Part shown: positions 13,991-27,481 of the stretch, one piece after another
Layout of the letters: each line of letters opens with the position of its first letter
Position numbering within the stretch: the first letter of the stretch is position 1
NCBI RefSeq assembly: GCF_006345805.1
Contig: NC_043013.1
Coordinates: 30,194,001 to 30,258,000, forward strand
Direction of reading: 5' to 3'
Length of the DNA stretch: 64,000 bases
From: Octopus sinensis
Taxonomy: Eukaryota
Position numbers and translations under genes: made by a program
Notes under the pieces: generated by a model
Told to the model about the DNA's origin: nothing
What the model saw: only the letters and a program-made list of their open reading frames with translations
Databases searched by the model: none

Positions 13991-14607
13991 ATGCGCGTGT
14001 GTATCCATTCTAGCAACGATCTTGCTTACATCACCTGTATGTGGGTAACAAAGTAGGCAGCTCCAACAACACCCATTTCCTGTCCCTGTTGCTTGCAGCT
14101 CACCACCACAGGGCTTTGAGGTGGAGAGAAGAAACTAAAGCTTCAACAGATATTTGATTATACTAATTCTGGCACTGTGTAGTCCCCAGATAAACACACT
14201 TCGCCCTCCGTAAGGAGGTAGATTGCGGGACAGCTGAGGCTCAGAAGGGAGAAACAGTGGATAGCCTTAAGACTAAATTTGTCTGGACTTATATACTCTG
14301 TGTAAAGTATATAACCCTCCAGTTGTCGTAGATTAAAGAGTAGTTTCAGCCGTTGGAAGGAAGATAACTCATCCGTTTGAAAAGCCACATGATACCAGAG
14401 ACCCGTGTGCTACTTTGTCAAAGTCCTGACAGAGCTTGCCCACCTAATTAGGAGTATAAGGTGGTTCTTAGACAGGAAGTAGTAACCACTGACGGCATAA
14501 CCTCTGCCATCAATACCCTATATATGTTACACATCTACACCGCAGTGAGGAGAGGCTGGAATTCACAAAGTATATATCTGCAAAGGCGTATCAATCTGCC
14601 TGTCTTT

Positions 14608-14813
<206 letters not shown>

Positions 14814-15009
14814 CGAATGGATTGTTGACAGATCGGCTCCAAGTAAGTTGGATTTATTTGTAGAAATAAAACTGTTTGTTGTTAAATATTTTTTGTCAAA
14901 GAGTTATTTAGCATCTTCTCCTTCAACCCAAGTAAATATTTTAATGCGATTGAATTTTCAAAATTAAAAAAATTTTCTACGATTTTCTTTATCCATCTTC
15001 TAAACGAAA

Positions 15010-15600
15010 ATAGCTAAATCAAATGAAGAAGCCGCTCACATTGACTTCCCGCCAGTACCGAAGCCAGGGGTGAGGGAGGCTGAAAAGAACATCGTTTCGC
15101 TTGAACGCACAGACAAGAACGCCAGTCTAGCCGTAGAAGATATAAACAAAGTAAAGACAACGTTTACTACTATAAACAATGTCTCCACCACTGCCGACAC
15201 CACCACCACCACCGCCACCACCACCGCCACCATCACCACCACATCTAACAAGAACACACAAAATAATTTTGCCGCAGCTTTAAAACTGAAGAAAAAAATG
15301 TTGTGTCCTTTTCGAAGGAAGAACTGCTTGCTTGCAAGACAATATTTAAAAAAGATGAACACATTATATAACTGCAAACACCGCAAAAAATCATTGAAGA
15401 CATTAAAAAAACAAAAAAGAAACAAAAATAAAGAAACAATCATATATAAAACACTCAACTTCAAAAGAAGAGTTTTCGAAAGAGCTTCCCAGGAAGCAGT
15501 ACAAATATGGTTAGGGTCGATATAGGTCTTTAAAATAAATTGCCAAGATCGAAGTTAGATTCGACAGTGAAGACAGAGCCGAAGAACTCAAGGATGCCCC
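15010..15600 (+). pseudogene. probable Tx1/L1 ORF1 N-terminal fragment (degenerate)
   Basis: Open frame (I)AKSNEEAAHIDFPPVPKPGV...Thr-rich...; another frame ends IAKIEVRFDSEDRAEELKDAP, like L1/Tx1 ORF1 RRM segments; abuts the RT fragment. A host terminal exon (acceptor aatag at 15013) is not excluded. Confidence 0.5.
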
Positions 15601-17200
15601 TTCTTGTGGCTTCTGTACATATTGACTCTAGAGCCACTACTGCGGAAGTTGGCGACGTATAGGGACATTCCGCGAAAACTGGGATGCGGGACGAGGGTGT
15701 CTGCATACACGAACGACGTCAGCGTGATAGTGTCGAGCCACCGGTATAAGGCGGCGAGCTGGCAGAAACGTTAGCACGCCGGGCGAAATGCTTAGCGGTA
15801 TTTCGTCTGCGTTACGTTGTGAGTTCAAATTCCGCTGAGGTCGACTTTGCCTTTCATCCTTTCGGGGTCGATAAATAAAGTACCAGTTACGCACTGGAGT
15901 CGATGTAATCGACTTAATACCTATGTCTGTCCTTGTTTGTCCCCTCTGTGTTTAGCCCCTTGTGGATAATAAAGAAATAGGTATATTGACCTGTTCGGCG
16001 TGACACTAAAAGAATACGAAGCGGTAACAGGAGCGAAAATTAACCGGGAAAAGTCTGTGGGCTTGCGGTCCGGCACCTGGAGAAGCAAGCCCAAGTCTTC
16101 TGATAGCGTCTCCGTCGTAGGAGGCTGCACCGACGGACCGGTTAAATTGCTGGTTGTCTGGTTAAATTGCTACGGACCTCCAGATGGAGAAGAACTGGGA
16201 AAAGATAACGAGTAGGGTGGCCACTCTCATCCAGCAATGGGCCTAGAGGAAGCTATCCCTAAAATGTCGGGTGGAGGTGGCCAACGCGTACATCGCATCC
16301 GTCATCGATACCGTCTGACTGCCGTGCCTTGTCCCGACTACCATCACCAAACAGGAACGCAATCTCTTCCGCTTTTTGTGGAAGGGAAGCGTTCCGATGG
16401 TTAGGCGATCCATTTGCTGTCAACACTCGCTAAATGGAGGGCTGGGCATGCCGTGGTTGATGATGCGCACACAAGCGCTGAGACTGCTACATCGCCGGTG
16501 CCTTATAGACGACAGTGAACAGGTGTGGTCGCCTTTTGAGAGGCGGGCCTTCCCGCAGCTCGTCTCTTTGGCCGAAATGCAGTCGTAGATCAAACAGAGA
16601 TCGAGGCTAGGCGAATGGCACCGCGAGTGCCGCCTTGACCTCAAGCAACTCAGCTGCCCGGGACCAAACTTGTGGGACTTCAATTCCACGAAGACGTTAT
16701 ATAGAGGATTAGTTGAAGGGAGGTGCGACGACAATTCTCGGCGAAAATCTGGGCATCGACGAGGAAAACCTGACCAGAGATGCCTGACCTGGCAGTGCTA
16801 TCGGGAAGCATTGCCCGTTCGGGATAAGCTCTACAGGCACGGTTCCAGATACACCGGACCCACTTGCCCGAGACGCGGTCAGAGCGACGAAACCGTTCTG
16901 CACGTACCCGTACAATGTCCAGCCATTTCGAACCTGTGAGCATATGCCGAACTGCTGCTGTCGCGTGTGGGACGAATTCGGTTGTCAACTGAGTCTATTG
17001 GGAATATTGTCCCGTCAGCTGCCCTTAACCGGGAAGGCAAGGTAGTTTTCATCGTACTGGTGCCCATGGTAAAAGAATATGTGTGGTGGACCCGAGCGAG
17101 AGATTTAGAGACAAACACTTTACTCTCTGGCCAATCGCTTATCAACCTCTTCAAGTATCACTTGAAAAGGAAGGTGTGGATATAGAGATATGTTATGTCT
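15589..17200 (+). mobile_element. Tx1/L1-clade LINE ORF2, degenerate (RT C-terminal half plus zinc knuckle)
   Basis: QGCP (15589), LLYILTLEPLLRKL, VSAYTND (YADD-derived, 15706-15717), EYEAVTGAKINREKS, LWKG, GGLGMP, CPR(R)GQSDETVLH...C (16865-16918); multiple stops and frameshifts. Confidence 0.9.
15748..15984 (+). mobile_element. SINE family B, full length, nested in the Tx1 RT
   Basis: aaggcggcgagctggcagaaacgttagcacgcc...aaagaaataggtat; GGTAT on both sides; removing it restores SHRY|IDLFG in frame. Confidence 0.9.
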
Positions 17201-18384
17201 CATGAAAGATGTCTCTATTGAAGTAAAGTGCAAGTTAAACTAACTGTTCAAACTATAAAGACTGGCGAAATCACTTATATGAGTTGAAGGTATGTTTCTG
17301 CCAGTGTTTACATTTGTAAGATCGCTCTATAAGTGTGTTAACAAGGTGATTCTTAGAGAAGAGAATATGGAGTTGCAAATGTTACAAAATCCCTTGCCCT
17401 TATCGTAAGGGAAAGATATGGACAGGATGAACCAATCAGAAACATATGTTGAAAGTAAAAGAATTTTAATAACATCTTCGTTCAACTCCATTTATTTACT
17501 TATACTACACAAATTACTGCACATTAACCTGGAATTTCTACCTTTGAATAGGCCGCTTCATCCGTGTTACTTGCGGGAATTTTGCTACCCTGGTAACTGT
17601 TTATTGAATTTTCAAAGTTAACGGTAAACAAAGGATAATTCATTCATCCATTTATATATATATATATATACAGTGTTTTTATGTGACTATACATATATGT
17701 AGGTATGAGTGTGTACTTTATGTGATATAGAACTAACGAACGGACAAAACACAGACTGTTCAAATATTCTCTCGACAATTCACAACAGACAAAAAATAAT
17801 AATTTGGGAGAAGAAATGTAGCTGATTTTCCCCAAGAGAATTATTAAAGTTAGGTAATGTATCTATAATCATAAGACTAATTTTGACCGTTGCTCTCGGG
17901 TCTAAGATATAATCAATAAATACATTACATATTATTTGACATATGCCTAGTTCTTTAATGGTAGTCTAACGCTATCTCTCTATCTATATATTCACGTACA
18001 CACTTGAATATATGTACTTATGCAGATACGCACACATGCATATATTCATTTACATACATGGACATATCTATATATATGTGTGTGTGTGTGTAGGTATTTG
18101 TGTGTAGGGTTAGTGTATGCGTGTGAGGCTGCAAGTTGTCAGGCCAATCAGAATTCTGAATGAGAATTTAACATATTTAATTTATGACCGTTTGACAGTG
18201 TTGCTCGTCGGACGCATCATTTGGGATCACACACATACGCACACACACACACACACATACATACATACACGCACGCACACACACACATATATTTATATGT
18301 GTGTGTGTGTGTGTGTGTGTTTCTATACTTGCCTATGTACATATATGGATGACATCATGTTACCATCTTTTGGTAAATTCATCA

Positions 18385-18465
18385 AAACCAGCGAAAAGCC
18401 GCTAAGCAGTTTTCCCGGTGTGCTACGGAATCTGCCAGCTCACCGCCTTTATAATAATAATAATA

Positions 18466-18500
<35 letters not shown>

Positions 18501-18771
18501 TAATAATAATAATCAGAAGAAGAAGAAGAAGAAGAAGAAGAAAATGAAGAAGAGGAGGAATGGTTTCAAATTTTGCCACAAGGGCAGTAATATTACGGCG
18601 GGGAATGACTCGTTTTCATCGATCCCCAGAATTCAAATGGTACTTATTTTCCGAGTCGACCTCGGAATTTGAACGCAAAGGCAGACGAAACACCACGAAA
18701 AATCTCACCCAGCCTGACAACAATTCTACAAGCTAAGCGCATTAGTAATGATGATAATAATAATAGTGATA

Positions 18772-18825
<54 letters not shown>

Positions 18826-18908
18826 TAATAATAATAATAATAACAATAATTACAATAATAATAATAATGATAATAATAACAATGATAATAATAATGATAA
18901 TAATAATA

Positions 18909-18947
<39 letters not shown>

Positions 18948-18960
18948 TAATAATAATAAC
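18385..18960. repeat. (AAT)n and (GAA)n trinucleotide tracts with SINE B remnants (minus)
   Basis: Seen directly; remnants at about 18385-18450 and 18562-18735. Confidence 0.8.
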
Positions 18961-19301
18961 GCTATTGAATTTTTCAGCATTGGTGAATATAATATTCTTT
19001 TGTCTGCTTCCCAAATATTTTTTAATATAATTCTCAAAGCAAAATTGTGATAAAACAAAATATAATATATTTGAAACACGTCTTTCATATTTTTTGTCAC
19101 TGTCTTTCAAAAGAAACTTCCAGTTTTGTTGTTAGTCTGTCAAGTAGCAGAAAATACGAACGATTTCACAGAGAATAATGCATTCCTAATCACTTTGAAA
19201 GAAAATAAAATCAATTTCAGATGTTACTTTCAAGCTGTTATCTTCGAGCGACTCAAGACGGTTCCATATGAGCATATATATATACAGATGCATATATATA
19301 C

Positions 19302-19356
<55 letters not shown>

Positions 19357-21229
19357 TACAAATGCATATGCTTGCATTGCATACACACACACACAAAAAC
19401 ATATATATATATATGAACATGCATACATAAATGCAATCTTACGCACATAGAGTGAAACACAGAATGACAGGTATACACATGCACCCACAGCACATACACA
19501 GGCACCTATAAATATACACACATTTATAGTCTTCAGTCACCTACTAATCTACTATTGGCATATTTATTGTATAATTTCGTTCGTTTACTAATGTTAAATA
19601 TTTACTCTCTGAATAGATCTGTCTGTATTTTTGTATTTATAGTTTTACTCATTATCGGAAATAAATATACCTATGTAGGTCAAGAACGGTGAGAAGAAAA
19701 TAAGAAACATTTTTCACAGTAGAACAATCGACGTGTGCACACACACATACACACATACACACACACACACACACACATACACACACACATATATATATAT
19801 ATATATATGTGTGTATATATGTATGTATATAGGCATCAAAACATCACCCAGGGAAATATCGATTAACATCTCGATTTATTGATTCTTAGCAATGTTTCCG
19901 GTAAACTAATATTTCATTGATGGTAGTTTTGTAGATTTTTGTGTCTTTATATTTTCTCTTCGTCTTTCTTCACTGAAGTTCTTTTTCACTTTCTCTATAT
20001 ATTTCTTTGTTCACATATACGCAGATGCCCACGCACACACACGGAGCCATGTGCATAAGTATCTTTGCATGTATGTGTATGTGTATAAATATATGTGTTA
20101 TATGTATAGAAACATATTTGTGTGTGTTTTTGAAATAGAAATTAACAGAAAAAGAAAAATACATACTTTTTTTTTTTTGTTAGGTGTAAAAGAAATAAAA
20201 TGCTTCACAGGTCCGGAGTTTCGTGACACAGCCTTTAAAGAAATTGTCATAAATACACTAAGACTAGACAGAAATTATTTGTTTTTATTATACTTAAATT
20301 GTATCAAATATATTTTTCGAAAGTACTTGATATTGCACGATTAATTACTGAAGAATTAGCGTTTTAACCAACGTTTCAAAACTTTATTTCTTTCCACTGT
20401 GGTATAGCGTAAGACGTACTGTGTAGAAAACTTTTCGATGTAATTTACATCGTAACAATGACTGTGGATTTCATACCTATCATGGTTAAACTTGAGTTCA
20501 AATTAAGTAGAATCAGTTTTCGATTATTAAATGATATACAATAATGTACGCTAGTTGAATCGTTGTCAAATACTTGAAATGCTGATTACTTAAATGTAAG
20601 CAGAACATGATTTTAGTTAAATCGTTTTCTTAGTTCTTGCATCTTAATAAACATATGTTTTCCGCGGATTTCATTTCGATATTTGGGATTAAGAAAGCCC
20701 AGTCATATAAATCTGCATTCAAATCGATTCATTCGTATTATTTGGAAGTAACATTACATCTACAGAAAAAAAAATGCAAAACTTTGTTTTATAGAAATAA
20801 GAACTGTTCTTGATAACATCAGTGTATTCTGGAATTCATTACAATTAGATAATCTCAAGGGATGCTACTTCCATGCAGATGTGGAATCAATGCTGTGTTT
20901 CAGGTCCGCTGATTTGACATTCATTAGAAACCTGAAAAGAATGAACAATGGTGATTGCACACGTTCTAAATAACTGTTAAAAATAATCAAATTCGGGCAA
21001 AAATTGTCGGAGACGAATGCATTTTGCAGATCTCTGTTCAAGTGTTACGCATGAATTTTTTATAGATACACTTCTACAGATACCTGCGCAAACATATATA
21101 CAGTTCAACAGTTCAGTAAAAATCTTAATCAGTCTCCTTTATACGGCTACGTGTATTTGCCCATTTCGCTTTCAGAATGCTATATGAAATTATGATAGAT
21201 GAAGTAATCAATGTGTAACTTCTAGTAAA

Positions 21230-21470
21230 TTCCTGTTGAGAGAAGGGGCTTCACAAATAACTCTAAACATATTACAATGTAATTTACAAATTTCACATGA
21301 AGAAATCTGTGAAATAAATAAGCTGTAAACCTTTGAGCAGCCAAATTGTTTATAGAAATTATAAGGGAGCATAAGAGGCCCATTATAGAATTTGTAGAAG
21401 GAACCAACACAACCCATATAATTTCCTGATGAAAGAGGCTTTAATTGTCGGAAACTAAATGTATCTGTAT
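21230..21470 (+). mobile_element. possible highly degenerate Penelope 3' end
   Basis: EEICEINKL*TFEQPNCL* resembles the GIY-YIG C-terminal E..WI.KL.T..P.GLN motif; followed by ctgatga...gaaac. Confidence 0.35.
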
Positions 21471-22971
21471 TGAAAGTGGGGTACATGATATTCAATCCAA
21501 TCATATTTGAAAGCCAAAACCCCCTACATTTAATAATAATTTTGAGCAAATGTAATGGGAACGTTACAAGTAATCCGAATAAACATTAAGACTCTGAAAT
21601 GCTGATAATGTTTAATTGTGTATAGAAAAATGCTTGAGAGCTTAAAGGTACTTCTAACAATTGTCTCACTATTGTATACACTGAAATAATAGTTCTCCGC
21701 ACCGAATATATAAATGTAATTGGACCGACTAATCCGTAATACCTTGTGTATTATCTGTACATCATTTACATGTATGCTTTATATGTCTGCCATATTCTAA
21801 GAATTTTTATAATGTCACATTTTCCATAAACCCTGCAGCAGAAAGTCATGAAAGTCAAGGCAACTCTTTAAAAATATTCATTTTATCATTCTAGATTTTT
21901 AGGTATATATTGAAATTTCAAGCTATATCTTTTAAAAACGCAAATTTTGTAAAAGCCTTACCATAATAATATACTTATGTACAAAGGGTCTGTTAATTTG
22001 GAACTCGTGTATACATCTATATCACACTCCAATATCAGTATTATTAGGAACATCATTGATACATCTTACTTTAAAGGTATAACACCGCTATCCTAGATAA
22101 GACCTTAGATCATCCATTATTCTTAGATTTTAAATTAAAGGTGCTTACCGGCTTTCCAATGCAACGTTTCCCCACTAACGTACAGATCAAGATGTCGTAG
22201 GTAGATTTAAAGCCTACTATGAGCAGAGAAACAATGAAAGGTGTAGAAGAGAATCCGCAACTCAGAAACATTTATGAAGACACTAATGAAAAAATATCTC
22301 TGTGGATGTTTTGACGGAAAGTCGAAGACGGTCCCAAGGGACGAGACCGACACCGTTATGCCATTGGTGGTGGTAGTGACCGTTATCTTCATACGTTGAA
22401 GCATGATGCTTGTTCTGTTATTGGCCAAAATGTAACCCCATTACTTTCGGCTGTCTGAAAAATGGAGAACAAGGTACTTTTAATTTCCTACTGAAATGTA
22501 TAGCGGATAAAACAGATCGTATATTAGGAATTACTTAACTAGATGACATCTAAGAAATCTTAAGCTATTAGTAGCTAGTTTGCACAATGTTTCCCTAATT
22601 TATTTCCTTGGGCCATATTGTATAGATCACATAATCTTTGTAGTGTGAAAATTGTCATGAAAATGAACACTTCTATAAATCTTGTAGTTTTGTGGGTATG
22701 CAAACACGATGAAGATAATTGTAGACTGTCTAGATTGCAAAGTGTCAGGCTAAAATAAATTGCTTAGGAATATATTAGTCATTTAGCGTTAGTTTCGTTG
22801 TTCGAATAACGCCAGAATTGCCAGTGTGTCAGTATATCTTATTCTATATAGTTTATAACATAATTATATAAAAATAATATATCAGTCCAGTTAGGCATAA
22901 TACTTTTACACTTTCTCAAAAAAACATTGCTACTGGTTCAGTATCCTGTTCAACATCCACTCAAATAAATT

Positions 22972-22976
22972 ATTTT

Positions 22977-23036
<60 letters not shown>

Positions 23037-23040
23037 AACA

Positions 23041-23073
<33 letters not shown>

Positions 23074-23230
23074 ACTGCTACTACTACTACTACTATTACC
23101 ACTACTACTACTACTAATATTACTACTACTAATATTACTACTACTACCACTACTACTACAACTACTACTACTACTACTACTAATATTACTACTACTACTA
23201 CTACTACTACAACTACTACTACTATTGCTG

Positions 23231-23276
<46 letters not shown>

Positions 23277-23279
23277 AGC
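22972..23279. repeat. (CTA)n trinucleotide microsatellite with variants
   Basis: Seen directly; source of the poly-S and poly-V ORFs. Confidence 0.95.
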
Positions 23280-23859
23280 ACACACGTTCACCCGGTACAG
23301 GATTGTATTTGTGTTTGCGTGTGTAGGAGTGTTTATGTACACACAGGCTGACTCATACATATACACATCATATGGTCATATGTACACACGTGCGATTATT
23401 CGACCATATATATAACAAACCACACATATGCATGCACATAAATACACTTACAATAGGATTGTCATATCCTTGAGATTCATTTACACTCTTATATATTTGT
23501 AGACATATTTATGCTTGGCAGAAGGTAAACTGGTGCATGCAATTATATACATATGTATGCAGATTTGCATACGATATACATGAAGATATATGCAGCGATG
23601 AAAGTAGTAGAGATTTATGTATGAATCACTCGTTGAACCAAAATTATACGTGTAGTTTATTTTGAAGCCTGTTTAGAAGTCATAACACAGCGCCATGAAT
23701 TTGCATCTGGGATCTGAAAACTGGTAAACAAATATCCACCTTGAGATGGACTGTATTAGCTAATGCATATCTGTGGAAAAAAATGTACAGTCAAAAGCAC
23801 AACTGTATGTCTAGCTAAAACACAAACCATCAACACATGCTCGGGGTGAACTAACGTCG

Positions 23860-23892
<33 letters not shown>

Positions 23893-23919
23893 ATTAATCC
23901 CGAAAAGCGAAGAAAATGC

Positions 23920-24063
23920 ACAAGAGGGGAACACAACAAAAGGGCGAGGAGGCGGTGAAGGAAAGAGAGTGTTTTACGTTTCGAGCAATGTTTTCTTCAG
24001 AAACAGGGGACAGAGGAAGGTCCAAGAGAAAAGGAAGACGGTAGGAAAAAGTCGCCAACTATC

Positions 24064-24066
<3 letters not shown>
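23920..24066 (-). mobile_element. short hammerhead-bearing element (Penelope pLTR or retrozyme-like)
   Basis: Similar in layout to the 47.4-47.7 kb units; abuts (TA)n. Confidence 0.6.
23971..24004 (-). ncRNA. minimal type-I hammerhead ribozyme motif, stem II decayed
   Basis: GTTT-CTGAAGA-aaac-att-gctc-GAA-ACGT-A/AAAC: canonical core, palindromic stem III, GUA cleavage triplet, 4-bp stem I. Confidence 0.6.
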
Positions 24067-24106
<40 letters not shown>

Positions 24107-24188
24107 ACATATATGTACGTATGTATGTATGTATATATATATATATATATACACATACACACATACATATATATGCATATATATATAT

Positions 24189-24223
<35 letters not shown>

Positions 24224-24271
24224 CACATACATATATATGCACTGACACATGTATATATGCATGTCGATGTC

Positions 24272-24304
<33 letters not shown>

Positions 24305-24536
24305 TATATATATCTATGTACAATCTACAATATAGAACGTTAACATCCCAAGAGGTGTGACATTACCAACATAGTTTTAACTATATTTTAATGCATCAGT
24401 GCTATGTTACTGCGATATGTGTATGCAAATAATATACTTGAAGGCAAATATACGTATTAATTATAAAAGACGACACTACATGTGTGAGTGAACATTTGGA
24501 AGTTATATGTACCTTTACATACAGGGTAAAAGTAAT

Positions 24537-24572
<36 letters not shown>

Positions 24573-25263
24573 ATATACATATATTGCCATATACATATAC
24601 ACACATACATATATATATATATATAATATATTGATGCATACAGACACACATACATACAAACACATACATATTGAGAAAAATGTGGCGGTCAGAATTTTGG
24701 ATAATTCTTTATTAGTGTTTTCGTTCGTTTAACCTACTACGTGGAGAGAAACAATGAAAGGTTTAGAAGAGGATCCGCAGCCATTCACGGAACTATGAAA
24801 TTCATAAGAACCATTTATGAAGACACTAAGAGAAAAAATATCCCAGCGGATTTAATGAAAGCTGAAGACGGTTCCAAGGGGCGAGACCAACACCGATGTG
24901 GCCATTCGTGGTGGCAGTGACCGTCATCCTCATAGTCCTTATTGAACTCTGGTACTTGTTCTCTTATCGACCAAAATCTAACCCCCACCCCGATACAATT
25001 CAAAGCTTAAGGCAAGAATTTAGCAAATTAATCTTTTCTTTAAAGAGTTCGGTTAAACGAACGAAAGCTCCAATAAAAAATTGTCCATAATTCTGACTGA
25101 CTGCTTTTTCTCAATATACAATATCTGTACCCCACTTCAGACACATTATATATACATTCATACCTACATGCATACATACATACACACATACACACATATA
25201 TATATATATATATATATACACATACACACATACACACATACACACATACACACATACACACAT

Positions 25264-25297
<34 letters not shown>

Positions 25298-25723
25298 CTA
25301 TATATATATATATATATATATACATACTTTTAGGTGTGTACGTTATTTTATACTCAACTGTATGTATACGTGTATGTGGTATTTTCTATGTATGTGTGTA
25401 TGGCTAAACAAATATACACATATGTGTAGGTGTGTGTCGCCTTTTATGTTTTTTGTGTTCAGGAATAAATTGATATATATTTGAAATTCCCCGTTAACGT
25501 AATCTCCAGTTGTGAAATGTTTGCCTAAGATCGAAGAAGGATTAACATTGCTCTATAAGCTCCACAAAAACATTATAAAAGAACAAACTCTACTCCGTAG
25601 ATTATTGAATAAATTATTGCCTCTATGAAAGCTGTGATGCTAATATCTATATATGTAATAACTAGCGTTCCTCATTTTCCTATATACATATCCCCTCTAT
25701 ATATGCATAGTTTTTGTTTCTAT

Positions 25724-25759
<36 letters not shown>

Positions 25760-26229
25760 GTGTAATATGTAAGTATGTATATATATATATGCATATATAT
25801 ATAAATATTATATATTTATATATGAATATATATATGTATATAAATATAAAAATTACATAAATAAAGATATATATATATATATATGCACACATACATATAT
25901 ATATATATATATATACATATATATACATATATACATATATACACATATATATATATATGTATATATACATATATATGTATATATTTCGTCATGCTAAACC
26001 GTTATTTCCTACACATCTCTTCTTTCTCTCTGCGTCATTTTTTTGTTGTCTCTCGGTTTTTCTTTCCGTCCTCACTTCAGTTTTTCTCTTTAAATCCTTT
26101 CTGTCGTACAGCCTAAATTTGAAGCCTCAAGGACTTTTCCGTTCCTCTCGAGCATTAAACTAATACACGTGCTTCTTATTCCTTCACTTGTATTAGTCTT
26201 TATTCTGTAACTTTGAACTATTGATATAT

Positions 26230-26340
26230 ATATATAAATTTAAAATGAGGGTGAAAAATTGGATATTAATATGATAACATCAATTTAACACCAGTGGTCT
26301 AGCATATTAAAAAACTGAGGCTCAGTAAATAGTATTACAT
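26230..26340 (+). repeat. dispersed TA-flanked repeat fragment (second copy 59401-59510)
   Basis: aaatttaaaatg(a/g)gg...aattggat...catc(a/g)atttaacaccag(t/c)ggtctagcatattaaaa shared by both copies. Confidence 0.7.
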
Positions 26341-26761
26341 ATATATATAAAAGAGGGGTTACCACTATGTGGACACCCTAATGCTAGAAGTAGATCCGCT
26401 ATGGTCTTACCACTAAGAATTGTTCTCTAGAATATTTAGCAAACACCAGAAACCTAAGTGAGCAAGACAAATGAAAAGTAACAAAAATATAGATTAATCA
26501 TAAACAATGTTTCACTAGTAACAAATTACGTAATTTTACTTACGCAATTTATCTGTAGATCTTCAGTATGATCGTCCATACAAATATAATTTGCAGAGTT
26601 ACACACCATACATCTGCACGAGGTCGAACATGTATGTAGTTCTACCCATTAGACTTGTGGTTATTTTTCCAAAGTCCTCGTTTTGGCGCGCTAAATTACC
26701 GGAAATGATACTGCATAAAATAATTTACTGCAGTAACTTTTGCCGGTTTGAGAACGCATAG

Positions 26762-27332
26762 TAGACACTGTTAGAAAATACAGCAAATCTGGACTCATCA
26801 GAGAATATGACAGCGTCCCATAATGCTAGTGGTCTCTACGCCATCTCACTGTCTCAATCTTTTCTCCGCTTGATATTGGCTGGTCGAAGAAGTGGCTTCC
26901 TTCTTGCTGCTCTGCCATACAAGCCAAGTTTGTGGAGATACCTGACAGCTGTTCTGGGACTGACGTTAACTTCTGCTATGTCAGAGGCCTTGCAACGAGG
27001 GTTCTCGTCTTCACAAAGCGAAGGGAAGACGTGAAGTTGATTCCCACCTCTCCCTAGTGAATTGCAGAATCAATCTATCATCTGTAAGAAGAGGGATCCC
27101 AACTTTTCCTGCGATCTTAAACTAACTTGGTTCACATTCAGTTTGATCCGCAATCCTCCTTCTTGGAACTCTGGACAGTTCCGAGGTTTCTTTATGTACG
27201 TGCATGATTAAACAGTCACATTTAAAATCTGGAACATAAAAATGGCATTTCAAAAAATATATACACCTTTGAAGTTAAAATAAACATAAAATGAATTCTA
27301 TGGGTTGTCTATTTACTTCTGTTATGTCTCTG
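26762..27332 (-). mobile_element. Tc1-family transposon, 5' part (degenerate)
   Basis: Minus strand: VSPRTAVRYLHKLGLYGRAARRKPLLRPANIKRR...WDAVIFSDESRF (first catalytic D at about 26790-26800); TA-CAG terminus at 27332-27334. Confidence 0.85.
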
Positions 27333-27351
27333 TATGTGTATACACACACAT

Positions 27352-27384
<33 letters not shown>

Positions 27385-27396
27385 CACATATGTGTG

Positions 27397-27427
<31 letters not shown>

Positions 27428-27436
27428 ATGTGTATT

Positions 27437-27481
<45 letters not shown>

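Noticed and set aside
14050-14560. GC-richer segment with GGRSVFIWG and DFDKVAH on the minus strand (Tc1-like or RT-like)
   Set aside because: The motifs are too short and mutually inconsistent to assign a family
20795-20973. 59-codon plus-strand frame after a tttgttttatag acceptor
   Set aside because: No recognisable homology; the length is within chance expectation, and a competing acceptor lies on the other strand
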